NCBI RefSeq assembly: GCF_014636315.1
Contig: NZ_BMED01000001.1
Span: 685,941 to 749,940 of the forward strand
Reading direction: 5' to 3'
From: Undibacterium terreum
GTDB lineage: Bacteria; Pseudomonadota; Gammaproteobacteria; Burkholderiales; Burkholderiaceae_D
DNA length: 64,000 nucleotides
The position numbers were made by a program, and so were the translations under genes. Positions 27,571 through 38,789 of this stretch are shown in pieces. The first letter of the stretch is position 1, and the number at the start of each line of letters is the position of its first letter. The notes under the pieces were generated by a model, which saw only the letters and a list, made by a program, of their open reading frames with translations, did not search any database and had not been told where the DNA came from.

Positions 27571-28092
27571 TTGAGCACAAGAACTAAGCGCTGGAACGGC
27601 AAGATCGACACCTTTACACCGGATTACCTGAAAAACGTCGTTGAAAAAATGACAGATTACGGCGACCGCGTGCAATTCGCGCTGACCGGCACCGGCATAG
27701 GCCCCAACTACCAGACCATCAACGCTGCCGACAAGCGCATGACCTTCGACAGCAGCAACCGCCTGGTCCATCCAAAGGAAGACGAGTTCAGCGTCGGCAA
27801 TGTGTCTGGCATCTTCACGCTGGACCAGATCAAGATGGTCATCGCCGGTGGCGTCGTCAAGACCAGCAGCGGCACCCGCGTCACCCGCTCCAGCAGTGGC
27901 GCTACCCGTAACACAACCGCTGCGGTCAAGGCGCAAGACCTGATTGACGCGGCAAAGTACGACTACTTCAAGAACAACCGCCAGACATTGCCGCCAACAA
28001 TAGGCGAGCATTCTGCAGAAATCACCGGCCTGATGAAAAAAGGCATGTCGGCAGAAGATGCATTTGCAGATGTCGTGAAACGCTATTTCTGA
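27571..28092 (+). CDS. Hypothetical protein (TTG start; 173 aa)
   Basis: Clean ORF ending at a strong terminator. No recognisable motif. First in-frame start after the upstream stop is TTG 27571; the next ATG is at 27649. Confidence 0.45.
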   Translation: MSTRTKRWNGKIDTFTPDYLKNVVEKMTDYGDRVQFALTGTGIGPNYQTINAADKRMTFDSSNRLVHPKEDEFSVGNVSGIFTLDQIKMVIAGGVVKTSSGTRVTRSSSGATRNTTAAVKAQDLIDAAKYDYFKNNRQTLPPTIGEHSAEITGLMKKGMSAEDAFADVVKRYF

Positions 28093-28112
28093 TTGTTTCA
28101 GGCAAAAACACA

Positions 28113-28141
28113 AAAGCGGGCAATTTGCCCGCTTTTTTTTT
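28113..28141 (+). terminator. Rho-independent terminator (GCGGGCAA-tt-TTGCCCGC + T9)
   Basis: Read directly: aagcgggcaatttgcccgcttttttttt. Confidence 0.75.
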
Positions 28142-28194
28142 GCTTGATGGAGAACGGAGCCTGATGCGCCGCCAGCAAAGGCATCAGTATGCGT

Positions 28195-29118
28195 TCATGC
28201 AGGGGCTGCCAGTTTCAGCAGGCTGAGGTAGCCGCTTTGAATTTCCATGTCCTTGACGGCGCCGCTGGCCTGCAGCAAGCGGTGCGCCCGGGGCAGGCTC
28301 CAGCAAGGCAGGCTGGTGAACATATGGTGCTCGCAGTGGTAATTGACCCAGTAAGGCGCAATCAGTATGCGTTCCAGCATATTTGCGTGCGTAGTGCGCG
28401 CCTGCCGCAAGGGATGGACTTCATTCTGCGCCACCAGGGCGTGCTCGGCAATATTGCGTATGCGTGATATCAGCGGCAACCAGGTCATCATCGGCAAAAG
28501 CCACATGCTCACCCAGACCCACCACCAGCCCGCCGCTGCAAACAGCAGGAAGGCCAGACCATTGCCAAGCAAAAAGCGCAGGTCTTTGGCAAGCTCCTGG
28601 CAAAACAGCTTCACAGCCGACTCCCCCTCTTTCCGAACCCGGATTCTTTGCGCGATATGCCCGAAGCGCTGCTTGACGAAGGTCTGCCCGCTAAGGTCTC
28701 GTATGACCTTGCGCCACAGCGAGGCCCGGGTGATAGGAAAAGGCGCCGACAGTACCAAATCAGGATCCTCGGACTGTTGCACATAGCGATGATGCTGCAA
28801 ATGGTAAGGCCGGTACAGGCCCAGCGTATAAGAACAAAACCAGTTTGCTACCCAGTCGTTGATCTTGCGGTTGGAATGCAGCCCCGCATGCGCCGCGTCA
28901 TGCATCAGGATGAACAGACCCAACTGCCGGGTGCCGACCACCAGCACTGCCAGCGGAATCAGCAGCGGCCACAATGCGCCGGCCAGCATGGCCAGGCCTA
29001 TCACCAGCCAGCAATGCACCACCAGCAATATGCCTTTCCAGGATGAGCGCGCGGTGAGCCGCGACCATTCTTCTGCGGTAAAAAATTCGTCGGGCCTGGC
29101 GCGAGGTGCAACTGCCAT
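28195..29118 (-). CDS. Membrane fatty-acid desaturase family protein
   Basis: Three His boxes, HDAAH, HLQHHRY and HCEHHMF, within a multi-TM protein. Confidence 0.85.
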   Translation of the reverse strand: MAVAPRARPDEFFTAEEWSRLTARSSWKGILLVVHCWLVIGLAMLAGALWPLLIPLAVLVVGTRQLGLFILMHDAAHAGLHSNRKINDWVANWFCSYTLGLYRPYHLQHHRYVQQSEDPDLVLSAPFPITRASLWRKVIRDLSGQTFVKQRFGHIAQRIRVRKEGESAVKLFCQELAKDLRFLLGNGLAFLLFAAAGWWWVWVSMWLLPMMTWLPLISRIRNIAEHALVAQNEVHPLRQARTTHANMLERILIAPYWVNYHCEHHMFTSLPCWSLPRAHRLLQASGAVKDMEIQSGYLSLLKLAAPA

Positions 29119-29362
29119 GTTTGCTTCTCCTGCGGTTTGCCTGTGCCCCTGCTAATTAGCGGCTGATGGGCGGCTGATGAATACGGTTAAATGAACTAAT
29201 CAATGCCGATCATAACGTATCTCGCCGACAATTTATTGCGCTGTGCAACATGGCAAGAGCAAGCCGAAACTACGGGATGGCTGGCGAGGATGCTGGGATA
29301 ACAGTGTGGCAAACTGGGAATAGAAACCTTGTATCGCCTGTTCAGCAGCAAAGCAGGCAATA

Positions 29363-30280
29363 TCAGTCAAACGCCAGGACGCGATCCCCTTCGCCCGGCT
29401 TGCAGCCATCGGCCACAGGCGTCCAGCCGCGATGCACGACAATTTGCCGCTCGTCATGGCACACTTCGATACGCTCGCTATCAGGAACCCGCTGCCGCAC
29501 AAAGGCTTCCACCGTCGAGGGCAGGCTCACCTTGAGTTTCATCGCGCGGCGGTCCTCTTCCGGATGATCGCCGAGATGCACCAGGGGCACGAACATCGAC
29601 GCAAACATCACAGCATGGGAGCCAACATCCACCGGCTCGGGGGCATAATTGGCCTCTTGCAGCCAGTGCTGGGCTTGCGTTCGCAGATCATCTGCATCGG
29701 CCAATCCCCCCCAGGCCACGGCCAGCATTTCCATCACCCACTGGTTGCAGTTCTGGTAGCGCGTACTGAATGGGTAAGCATTGGCACTGTAGTTCACCGC
29801 CAGCAGATGCTGGACAACCGGGGTGTCCAGCACCGCGCGGCGCAGTGAATTTGCCTCGCTGGCAGGCAGGCTCACGATGGACACATAGGCAAGCGAAGTG
29901 TCGTCGATGCCTGTAACAAAACCGGGGATGCCCTGATCGTAGATGCGCGGGCCCTCTTCACTGCAGGCATAGTACAGTTGCCGGGCCGACCACGCGCCCT
30001 GGTCGTCACGCCAGCTAACGGCAGCGTGCGAATAACGCAGTTGAAAACGCGACAGGTCCAGCCCTGAACGGCTAATGAGTGCCGAACTATCGCCCAGTGC
30101 ATTGAGCTCTGCGCGAACTACGGCGGCAAATTGCAGCGACCGGTCTTGCTGGCCGGCCGTCAGTTGCTGCGTGCGATCGCAAAAAGCCGACGAGGCGGAT
30201 GTACCGGATGAGCTCGATTGCGCCTGGGCGGCAACGGCCAGGAGCAAGCTTGCAAGTATAAATGTACAGCCAACCCTCAC
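29363..30280 (-). CDS. Secreted hypothetical protein (signal peptide; 305 aa)
   Basis: MRVGCTFILASLLLAVAAQAQ signal. Ser-rich linker. ATGA overlap with the upstream small gene. Confidence 0.5.
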   Translation of the reverse strand: MRVGCTFILASLLLAVAAQAQSSSSGTSASSAFCDRTQQLTAGQQDRSLQFAAVVRAELNALGDSSALISRSGLDLSRFQLRYSHAAVSWRDDQGAWSARQLYYACSEEGPRIYDQGIPGFVTGIDDTSLAYVSIVSLPASEANSLRRAVLDTPVVQHLLAVNYSANAYPFSTRYQNCNQWVMEMLAVAWGGLADADDLRTQAQHWLQEANYAPEPVDVGSHAVMFASMFVPLVHLGDHPEEDRRAMKLKVSLPSTVEAFVRQRVPDSERIEVCHDERQIVVHRGWTPVADGCKPGEGDRVLAFD

Positions 30281-30732
30281 AGGCTCACCGGACGGGCGGC
30301 AAGGTCGTTATACCATTCATCCTTGAGCACCAGATAGAAAGCTTCCCTGGTGTCGCTGCGTGCAAACTCAAAACCATACACGCGATTGCGTGCATGCACC
30401 AGATCGCCGCGGCCCAGCCCCTGCTTATCGAAAACGGCCTGCGGCAAGTCCAGCACTATCTGCTGGCGCGACTCGTCGGCCTGCATGGTAAGGCGGGTAA
30501 TGCCGGCGCGATCCGGGGCTTTTGCCATTTCAATGATGCGGTAGTCGCCATCGGCTGTCTTATCGTGCCCGGTCGAACTATTGCTTGATCCGCGGAAGGA
30601 ATCGGAGATACTGCCGCTGGAAGCCGATCCCGCACTGGAGGCAGACGATGCAAAGCTTTCGGCATGGGCATGCAAAGCCATGCCCACGGCTGCAGCGAGA
30701 AAGGTAGCGCGAAAAATCAAAGGTAAGCCCAT
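30277..30732 (-). CDS. Small secreted hypothetical protein (152 aa from ATG 30732)
   Basis: GGGAG RBS before ATG 30732. Signal MGLPLIFRATFLAAAVGMALHAHA. The tool ORF is extended to 30999. Confidence 0.5.
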   Translation of the reverse strand: MGLPLIFRATFLAAAVGMALHAHAESFASSASSAGSASSGSISDSFRGSSNSSTGHDKTADGDYRIIEMAKAPDRAGITRLTMQADESRQQIVLDLPQAVFDKQGLGRGDLVHARNRVYGFEFARSDTREAFYLVLKDEWYNDLAARPVSL

Positions 30733-31024
30733 CGAATGCTCCCGGGGTGTGAGAAATATGTGAAAAATAAGTGATACAGGAATGAAGCCTAAAGCGACCC
30801 GCCTTTGCAATCGACTACCTTCCCGCCGGTGAGCTTGCTGCCGCACACGGAATTTAGCAAGGCTCTGCTGACAAATATACCATCCTGATAATGTTTTTGA
30901 GGCGGCAAATACAGCCTGTAACAATTTTCCGGCAGACAAACGGAACGCCAGCGATCTGCAAAAAAAAAGCGTGTCCGCAGCCCCTCGCGAACACGCCAAG
31001 CCTCAACTTTCAGAATGTAGATAC

Positions 31025-32977
31025 TTATCTGACTCCCGGTACTGCATTAGCTGCTCTCAGGGACTGTGCCAGCTCGCCTGCCTTGACCGAACTCATCAGT
31101 GACATCAGCGTCGAAAAAGCATTCGATTCATTGCCGCCGCCCATCTGTATCTGCGGCACCAGCGGGGTCTTCGATGCCTCGAACGATTCTGCCAGGCGCA
31201 GCATCACTGTTTGCATCAGCTGCTTGTCCGCGCCTTCGCCTTCCATCGCCTCAGACTTGGCCTTGATCGCTGCCGCTTCCGCCTCGCCCACCGACTTGAT
31301 CGCAGATGCGCGGCCGGCGCCCTCCATTTCCTGCTTGAACTTCTCGGCCTGCGCCAGCGATTCTATTTCCTGGCGTTTTTTCTCGGCCGCTTTTACGCTG
31401 GCAGAACCCTGGTTTTCCTTGATCGAGATATCGACCAGCGAGCCGGTCAGTTCTTTCTGTTTCGCTGCGCGCTGTTCGGCTTCGTTCAGCTCGCGCTCCT
31501 TGTCGGCAGCAATCTGTTTCTGCGCAAAGGTTTCCACCTGCTCACGGGCGATCTGGCGATCACGCAACTGGGCCATGATGCTTTCTATCTTGGTATCGCC
31601 TGCCTGCGGCTTGGGCGTACCGATCAACACCTCCTGAAATTCCAGCGAATAGGCCTGGAAGCGCTCCCGCATGTCTTCCGACGCATTGTTCTGCAACTCG
31701 CTGCGCGACTGTATCAACTCAATGAAAGTTTTGGTCTGCGACACGTTCTTAAAGTAAGACGACACCATAGGGTCCAGGGTCTGCTCCACCAGTTGGCCGA
31801 CGTTGCCAAAGCGCTGCACCACCATCGGCGCCTTGCGGTAGTCGATATGCACGACCACGGACAAAGGCAGATTGGGTTCAAACGCATCCTTGGTGATCAA
31901 GGTGATCTCGCGCAAATTCTTGTCAAAGCTGGAACCACTCTCCCCCGATTTCCACATCAGCACGAAGTTGGTTGTCGGTACCAGTTCTATCTTGCCGGCA
32001 TAGGTATTGAATGCATATTTACCGGGCATCAAAGGATCGCGCCAGACGCCGCGGCAACCGGATTGGACCAGTTCGCCATGACTATATTCATTGCCGGACA
32101 AGTCATCGCCCTTGCGGCCGGTGTACGACACGACCACACCGACATAACCGACCGGGATGATGGTCTTGCGGATAAATTCCACGGTTGCAAACAGGCGATT
32201 GATGTAATAAGTGCCCTCCACAAGCACGCGCTCCTGGCGGCCGCGGCGGCCACCGGCAGCGATGAATTTTTCAGGTTCCTGGAAAGAGTTATGCGTGTCA
32301 CCCACATCCGGCGCCAGCAATTCATCCTTCAACAGGCCGGGGCCATCCTGCACCGTCACCACCGCCAACTGATCGGAATCGTGGCTGCCGGTCACCTCCT
32401 TGATCACCACGGGGGTGAAGGCATTGCGCTCATCCAGAACGCCACGCATCTTCTCGTAGTACAGCTTCTCTTGCGCATCCAGAGACAGGGAATAAGTCGC
32501 TTCATCCGTCATCACGACAAACAAGGCCGGGTTGATGATATGGGTACCTTCGCGCAAAATCTTGCGTTGCGGTCCCTTCTGGCCGGCACCTTCAATAAAG
32601 GCGCGCACATCGCGGAAGTCACTGACTTTGGAGTTATCTGCCAGCGTCTGGCCGGCAGGCAAATCTATGCCGTCACGCGCAAATACATAGGCGACCTTGC
32701 CCTGCGTGACCGATACCATGGGATGAATATGCACACGATACTGGAACGGTGCAAAAAAATGAAAACCGCCACGGCGCAATTCAGGCTGAAAACCCGCCTC
32801 GCCGTTCAAGGCCAGCAGACCACTTTGCACTGAACCGCTGCCGCTCCAGAGCTTTTCAACGACGCCTACCCTGTCGTTGGGAATGTAGCGCACCATGCGC
32901 GACGCATACAGGAAAAACACCAGTACGATAAACAGAACGACTGAGAGGATCACACCACTCGAAAAGGGGACTAACAT
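31025..32977 (-). CDS. Flotillin / SPFH (band-7) family inner-membrane protein, YqiK-like
   Basis: N-terminal TM then SPFH domain. Long coiled-coil with EA-repeat flotillin region (AEQRAAKQKELTGSL...EAEAAAIKAKSEAME). Confidence 0.85.
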   Translation of the reverse strand: MLVPFSSGVILSVVLFIVLVFFLYASRMVRYIPNDRVGVVEKLWSGSGSVQSGLLALNGEAGFQPELRRGGFHFFAPFQYRVHIHPMVSVTQGKVAYVFARDGIDLPAGQTLADNSKVSDFRDVRAFIEGAGQKGPQRKILREGTHIINPALFVVMTDEATYSLSLDAQEKLYYEKMRGVLDERNAFTPVVIKEVTGSHDSDQLAVVTVQDGPGLLKDELLAPDVGDTHNSFQEPEKFIAAGGRRGRQERVLVEGTYYINRLFATVEFIRKTIIPVGYVGVVVSYTGRKGDDLSGNEYSHGELVQSGCRGVWRDPLMPGKYAFNTYAGKIELVPTTNFVLMWKSGESGSSFDKNLREITLITKDAFEPNLPLSVVVHIDYRKAPMVVQRFGNVGQLVEQTLDPMVSSYFKNVSQTKTFIELIQSRSELQNNASEDMRERFQAYSLEFQEVLIGTPKPQAGDTKIESIMAQLRDRQIAREQVETFAQKQIAADKERELNEAEQRAAKQKELTGSLVDISIKENQGSASVKAAEKKRQEIESLAQAEKFKQEMEGAGRASAIKSVGEAEAAAIKAKSEAMEGEGADKQLMQTVMLRLAESFEASKTPLVPQIQMGGGNESNAFSTLMSLMSSVKAGELAQSLRAANAVPGVR

Positions 32978-33083
32978 GATTTCCTTCTTATAAGAATAAT
33001 AAGGATTTCAGTGTAGTCCGTTCCATGAAGGAAACTACGGTGATCGGTCAGCGAAATTACCGCAGTGCAGAAACGGGGAAAAT

Positions 33084-33675
<592 letters not shown>

Positions 33676-33689
<14 letters not shown>

Positions 33690-34284
33690 ACTCCTCGGTT
33701 TTCAGGCTCACTGCGGACGCCAGCTTGGCCAGAAAGCGCCCCATGTGCGGGTCACTGCGCTCCAAAGGAACTTCTGAGAACGGAAACCACTTTACCGAAT
33801 TGAACTCCAACTCATCCGGCCTCAGGTTCTGCTGACGGCTTGCACGCACAACATACCATAGCGATACATCGGTGTGGCCCGCGGTCAAGCCCACCGTTTC
33901 TGTGTTGGTGATCATCACTGGCGCAGCAATCGCATGCGGGCTTTCAAAACCCAGCTCTTCCTGCAATTCACGCTGCACGGTCACGCGTGGATGCTCCCCC
34001 GGTTCCACATGGCCGCCCGACGGCAGCCACAGCCGCGCATTGCGATGGTCCACCAGCAAGATATGCGCGTCATCGACAACCGCAAAGTACGAGACCAGAT
34101 GCCTCGGCGGCGTAGCCGGCTTGGCCAGCCGGCATAGCTCCACCACGGAATCCACCCAGGCCAGCGCATCCTCAATATGCGCCTGCTCAAGACTGTCCAG
34201 CGGCTTTATCTGCGCGATTTCAGCGCGTATCTGCTGCCGGATACGCGCACCACTACTTACGCCATCAGAGTTGGGAGCCGACAT
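33676..34284 (-). CDS. NUDIX hydrolase
   Basis: Nudix box GHVEPGEHPRVTVQRELQEELGF (GX5EX7REUXEEXGU). GAGGG RBS before ATG 34284. Confidence 0.8.
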
Positions 34285-35887
34285 CTGCCCTCGCCTTGAA
34301 TGCCGGCGCCCGGCGATGCCTGGTAGCCTGCTCAAACGCATAGGCCAGCTTGATCAAAGTGGCTTCGGCGTAAGCACCTGCGACGAATGACACGCCGACA
34401 GGCAATCCGGCAACGAAACCGGCCGGTACCGTGATATGCGGATAACCCGCCACCGCGGCCGGTGAAGAAAAACCGTCGCCGGAATGATCGCCGTTCACAT
34501 AATCAGTCAGCCAGGCCGGGCCTCCGGTCAGCGCAAACAAGGCGTCCAGCTTGTTATCGGCGATAACCTTGTCCAAACCTTCCGCGCGGGAGTATTTGTG
34601 GTTGTTGGCAAGTGCGTCCAGATATTCCTTGCTATCCAGCCCGCCCTTGGCTTCCGCACGGATGAATAACTCCTGGTCAAAGTAAGGCATCTCCTTGTCG
34701 CGATGCTTTTCATTGAAGGCAATCACATCCTTCAGTGTCTGCACCGGCGCGCCCGTGCCGAATTCGGCCAGGTAGCGATTCAGATCCGCCTTCAGCTCAT
34801 ACAGCAGCACTTCCAGCTCGGAATCGCCGTACTTGTTCATGTTGGGCACTTCCACGTCGATCAGGATCGCGCCCTTGGCCTTCATGACCTCCAGCGCAGC
34901 ATCAACAGCGGGCTGCAAGCGCAGGTTGCCGCCCATTGCATTGCGAGCGACGCCTATGCGCGCGCCCTTGAGTCCATCCGCATCCAGAAACTTGCTGTAG
35001 TCGGCCGCCTTGCCTGAGCTGCCGGCTGTTGCTGCGTCGCGCTGGTCCACGCCTGCCATCGCAGTCAGCATCAACGCGGCATCGGTCACAGTGCGCGTCA
35101 TCGGTCCTGCCGTATCCTGCGAATGCGCAATCGGGATAATGCCGTCACGGCTGACCAAACCCAGTGTAGGCTTGATGCCGACCAGGCCGCAGATGGATGC
35201 CGGCGACGTAATGGACCCATCTGTTTCGGTACCTACGGCGATTGCAGCAAGGCTGGCAGCGATTGCCGCGCCGGAACCGGAACTGGAGCCGCTGGTATTG
35301 CGGTCCAGTGCATAGGGATTTTTGGTCTGGCCACCACGCGCGCTCCAGCCGGAAGTGGACCGTGTGGAACGGATATTGGCCCACTCGCTGAGATTGGTCT
35401 TGCCAAGGATAACGGCGCCGGCTTCACGCAGCCGGCTTACCAGGAAAGCATCGCGTGGCGCCTTGGCACCGACCAGGGCCAGCGAACCGGCGGTGGTCTG
35501 CATCTTGTCGGCCGTGGCGATATTGTCTTTCAATAGTACAGGTATGCCATGCAAAGGACCACGCGGCCCCTTGGCCTTGCGCTCCTTGTCCAACGCATCG
35601 GCTATGGAAAGTGCATCGGGATTGAGTTCGATGATGGAGTTGATATGCGGCCCGGCACGGTCGATGGATTTGATGCGTGCCAGATACTGCGTGACCAGCG
35701 CTTTTGATGTCAGCTTGCCGGCGCTCATCGCGGCCTGCAGATCGCTCACGCTGGCCTCCACTATTGATGCTGCCTTAGCCGCCTCAGCTGCATTAACCGG
35801 CATTGCCAGCGCCTCCCCGGCGACCACCCCACCCGCGCCTGCCGCACCGGCAATCGCGCCCAACTTCATGAAATCCCGACGATCCAT
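34265..35887 (-). CDS. Tat-exported amidase-signature (AS) family amidase
   Basis: Twin-arginine signal MDRRDFMKLGAIAGAAGAGGVVAGEALA. AS motif GGSSSGSGAAIAASLAAIAVGTETDGSITSPA with Ser-cisSer-Lys triad residues. Confidence 0.85.
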   Translation of the reverse strand: MDRRDFMKLGAIAGAAGAGGVVAGEALAMPVNAAEAAKAASIVEASVSDLQAAMSAGKLTSKALVTQYLARIKSIDRAGPHINSIIELNPDALSIADALDKERKAKGPRGPLHGIPVLLKDNIATADKMQTTAGSLALVGAKAPRDAFLVSRLREAGAVILGKTNLSEWANIRSTRSTSGWSARGGQTKNPYALDRNTSGSSSGSGAAIAASLAAIAVGTETDGSITSPASICGLVGIKPTLGLVSRDGIIPIAHSQDTAGPMTRTVTDAALMLTAMAGVDQRDAATAGSSGKAADYSKFLDADGLKGARIGVARNAMGGNLRLQPAVDAALEVMKAKGAILIDVEVPNMNKYGDSELEVLLYELKADLNRYLAEFGTGAPVQTLKDVIAFNEKHRDKEMPYFDQELFIRAEAKGGLDSKEYLDALANNHKYSRAEGLDKVIADNKLDALFALTGGPAWLTDYVNGDHSGDGFSSPAAVAGYPHITVPAGFVAGLPVGVSFVAGAYAEATLIKLAYAFEQATRHRRAPAFKARADVGSQL

Positions 35888-36117
35888 TCATTCACTCCTG
35901 TTAGTCAAACAAATCCATGTCCGCCGGGGAGTATAGCAGAGGCCATAGTCATCCTGACAGCAGGAGGCAGCCGCCAGTTGGCGAATTGGATGGATTTGTT
36001 TCAGCAAATTGTGCGGGATCGCAAATTTGGGGGAAATGATGAATTCCCGCTTTAAGAATAGGAAGAGAATTGCCTGAAAAGGCCGAAAAATATCTGTCTG
36101 CGTAACGCGGCTTGAGC

Positions 36118-36372
36118 TCACATGGAAAAGAGCGCGGCACCCTTCTCATCAAACACAGAGATACAGCGAATGCCATTTTCTTTCATCAGTTGATTAAAGC
36201 CGTTGGCGCTGCTGGTACTAGTGCTAGTGATGAGGGGTGCAGGCTCATGCGGTCTCAGCTTGTGAACAACGATCGCCAGCACATCCGCCTCCGCCGGCCT
36301 TTGTGCGAGCTGCACATCAAACTCTAAGGGATCGGGAACATGGTCCAGCCTGAACTCTATTCGGTATAGCAT
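36118..36372 (-). CDS. Small hypothetical protein (84 aa)
   Basis: AGGAG RBS immediately upstream of ATG. No motif recognised. Confidence 0.35.
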   Translation of the reverse strand: MLYRIEFRLDHVPDPLEFDVQLAQRPAEADVLAIVVHKLRPHEPAPLITSTSTSSANGFNQLMKENGIRCISVFDEKGAALFSM

Positions 36373-36458
36373 AGCAAACGCTCCTCATGCCGATGCAGAA
36401 CTATAGCTCAGGCCGGGGGCGGCGGCTACCCTGAAACTATTCGGCAACTATTCAGCAG

Positions 36459-38396
36459 CTATTTCATCGCTTGCAGGATAGATTCCAGCCTGTCCGGCGT
36501 GCCGTCCAGCCGCACCAGAACAGGATATTTCAAGCCTTCATGATAATCCAGACGCACAGTACGATAGCGGTCGCCGTTCTTGATGATCAGTTCTATCGCC
36601 TCCTTGCTGCCCTTCGCTTCGCTAATGGCAGATTTCAGCAGCTCCGGCTTGTAGCTGCGGCCATTGACGGCCAGCAGGTTGGCGCCGGAAGCGATGCCGG
36701 CCTTGAAGGCGATGCCGTCCCAGATCACATTTTCCAGCTTGTTTTCCTTATTCACGGAAAAACCCAGCGAATAGCTGAAATCGCTGGTCTTGCTCCTGTC
36801 TTCCACTCCCTTCAGGTATTCCGACGGCTTCTCGGCATAGGCCAGTTTCCAGCCCGAGCGCTTTAGTCCGTCCAGAGGTGCGCCGGGGCCGTTGCCGTCC
36901 AGCCGGGCACGCAGGAAAGCCGCCCAGTCAAAGCTTTGAACTCCATTCAGAGTCTGCACCAGTTGCTCAAAGGTGTAGGTTGCCGGAACATGGCTACCGT
37001 TTTCTATGCCAAAAAAAGCGCGGGCAAAATCATTCAGCGAGCGCTTGTCGTTGGATAGCTCGCGGAGCTTGCTATCCACATCCAGCCAGACCAGCAAGCC
37101 TTCCGAATAAAAATCCCGCGACCTCTGCCAGGACGGCCAGCTTTGATAAGCCCGGCCATTAAGCGAAGGCTCGTTGGTCGTATCCTGCAGCGAACGCCAG
37201 CTGCGGCCATTGCGCTGATCCAGCGTGGCAGCTGTGGCGGCGATCGCATCGCGCACTTGCGGCAGGCTCATCAAGCCGGAACGGGCCGCCAGCACATAGC
37301 CCCAATACTGGGTCTGCCCCTCATAGACCCAGAGCAAACTGTCTTGCATGGGTACGTTGAAGTTGGGGGTGGCCAGATCTGCCGGACGGCGGAATTTGCC
37401 ATTCCATGAATGCGTGTACTCATGCGCCAGCAAATCGCGCCCCACCTGCGACTTGCTCCAGTCATTGAAATATCCGGGCCTGACGCCGTTCTCGCTGGAC
37501 TGATGATGTTCCAGGCCTATGCCGCTGAATTCATCGCTCAGCGCAAGCAGGAAATCATAGCGTTTATAGTGCTGGGAACCGAATAATTTATAGGCCTGCT
37601 TCACCAGCGCTTTGTGCGCATCGATCTGTTCAGGTTTTGCATCCAGGTTTTCCGGCCTGTCGGCCACCAGGTTCAGGTACACCGGCACCTTGGCGCCAGG
37701 GTCCAGGTCTATGCGCCTGAAATACTTGCCGGCAAAGACAGGAGAATCGACAAGATCGTCAAAATTGATGGTTTTTAAGCGCACCTCGCCGCCCTTTTGC
37801 TCGGCCTGGTCCAGCGCCGTTCCCAATTGCCAGCCCTGCGGCAAAGTCAGGTTGGCCTGCACCGTGATATTGCGCGCAAAATATCCCGCCGGATACAGCG
37901 CGACGGTGTTCCATTGGACACCAACGATTTCATTCGTGGAAGTGATGCGCCCCTGTTCCTTTTCCAGCGGCGACAAAAACTGGAACTCCGCCTCCAGCAC
38001 ACTGACGCCAGCCGGAATCTCCACATGGAAGGCATTGATGTCTACCGTATCCCTTTGCCACTCCAGGCTGCGGCCATTGCCGGACAGCTTAAGGCCCGCC
38101 ATTTTATTCAAGGGGCCGGTAGGTGCATGCGTTCCTGGCAGCCATTTTGGATAGAGCAAAGTCAGCTTACCGGGTTTGACCGGGATGCTTTCCCGCACCT
38201 GGAAAATTTTTTGGTCCAGATTTGTCGCATCCACCTTCAGCACTATCGTGCCGGGGTACACCTGATCTACTGGCTCCGGGATCGTGTAAGCCGATGCGGA
38301 TACCGAAATGGCAAGGCTCAGTGTCGCCGATACGGCAAGGCAAACAGAGGAAAGGCGCAGCGCGGGCGAGCGTGTCGCCGACAAGGAGTGTCTCAT
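36459..38396 (-). CDS. Secreted M61-like zinc metallopeptidase (glycyl aminopeptidase family) with C-terminal PDZ domain
   Basis: Signal peptide after ATG 38396. HEYTHSWNGKF HExxH zinc motif. C-terminal PDZ-like GIAFKAGIASGANLLAVNG. Confidence 0.65.
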   Translation of the reverse strand: MRHSLSATRSPALRLSSVCLAVSATLSLAISVSASAYTIPEPVDQVYPGTIVLKVDATNLDQKIFQVRESIPVKPGKLTLLYPKWLPGTHAPTGPLNKMAGLKLSGNGRSLEWQRDTVDINAFHVEIPAGVSVLEAEFQFLSPLEKEQGRITSTNEIVGVQWNTVALYPAGYFARNITVQANLTLPQGWQLGTALDQAEQKGGEVRLKTINFDDLVDSPVFAGKYFRRIDLDPGAKVPVYLNLVADRPENLDAKPEQIDAHKALVKQAYKLFGSQHYKRYDFLLALSDEFSGIGLEHHQSSENGVRPGYFNDWSKSQVGRDLLAHEYTHSWNGKFRRPADLATPNFNVPMQDSLLWVYEGQTQYWGYVLAARSGLMSLPQVRDAIAATAATLDQRNGRSWRSLQDTTNEPSLNGRAYQSWPSWQRSRDFYSEGLLVWLDVDSKLRELSNDKRSLNDFARAFFGIENGSHVPATYTFEQLVQTLNGVQSFDWAAFLRARLDGNGPGAPLDGLKRSGWKLAYAEKPSEYLKGVEDRSKTSDFSYSLGFSVNKENKLENVIWDGIAFKAGIASGANLLAVNGRSYKPELLKSAISEAKGSKEAIELIIKNGDRYRTVRLDYHEGLKYPVLVRLDGTPDRLESILQAMK

Positions 38397-38558
38397 GGAA
38401 TATGTTTTTTCAGGTTGGATAAAACTGAACCGGGCCAACTTGGACCGATAAGCCAACCGGGTTAGGTTGGCTTATGGAAATTAATTATATCGCAATCATC
38501 TCGTTCACATTGGCAGACAAAACCTGGGGCTACGCTGTACCGCCCTTGCACGACTGCG

Positions 38559-38789
38559 CTAGCGACCCCTCAACGGATCCAGCAAGGAACGCAGGTTGTT
38601 ATGGTCCAGCTCATACATCAACGCAAGTAAGGCCCCCAACTCTCCCTTGGGAAAGCCTTCACGCGCGAACCAGCCAAGATAATGCCCAGGCAGGTCAGCC
38701 AGTACGCGATCCTTGTATTTGCCATAAGGCATGGTGCGAGTGAGCAGCAATTGCAGGTGTTCCGGATTCATTGTTGCATGGACCTTCAT
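38559..38789 (-). CDS. DUF3820-family small protein
   Basis: MPYGKYKDRVLADLPGHYLGWFAREGFPKGELG matches the conserved DUF3820 core. Confidence 0.55.
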   Translation of the reverse strand: MKVHATMNPEHLQLLLTRTMPYGKYKDRVLADLPGHYLGWFAREGFPKGELGALLALMYELDHNNLRSLLDPLRGR

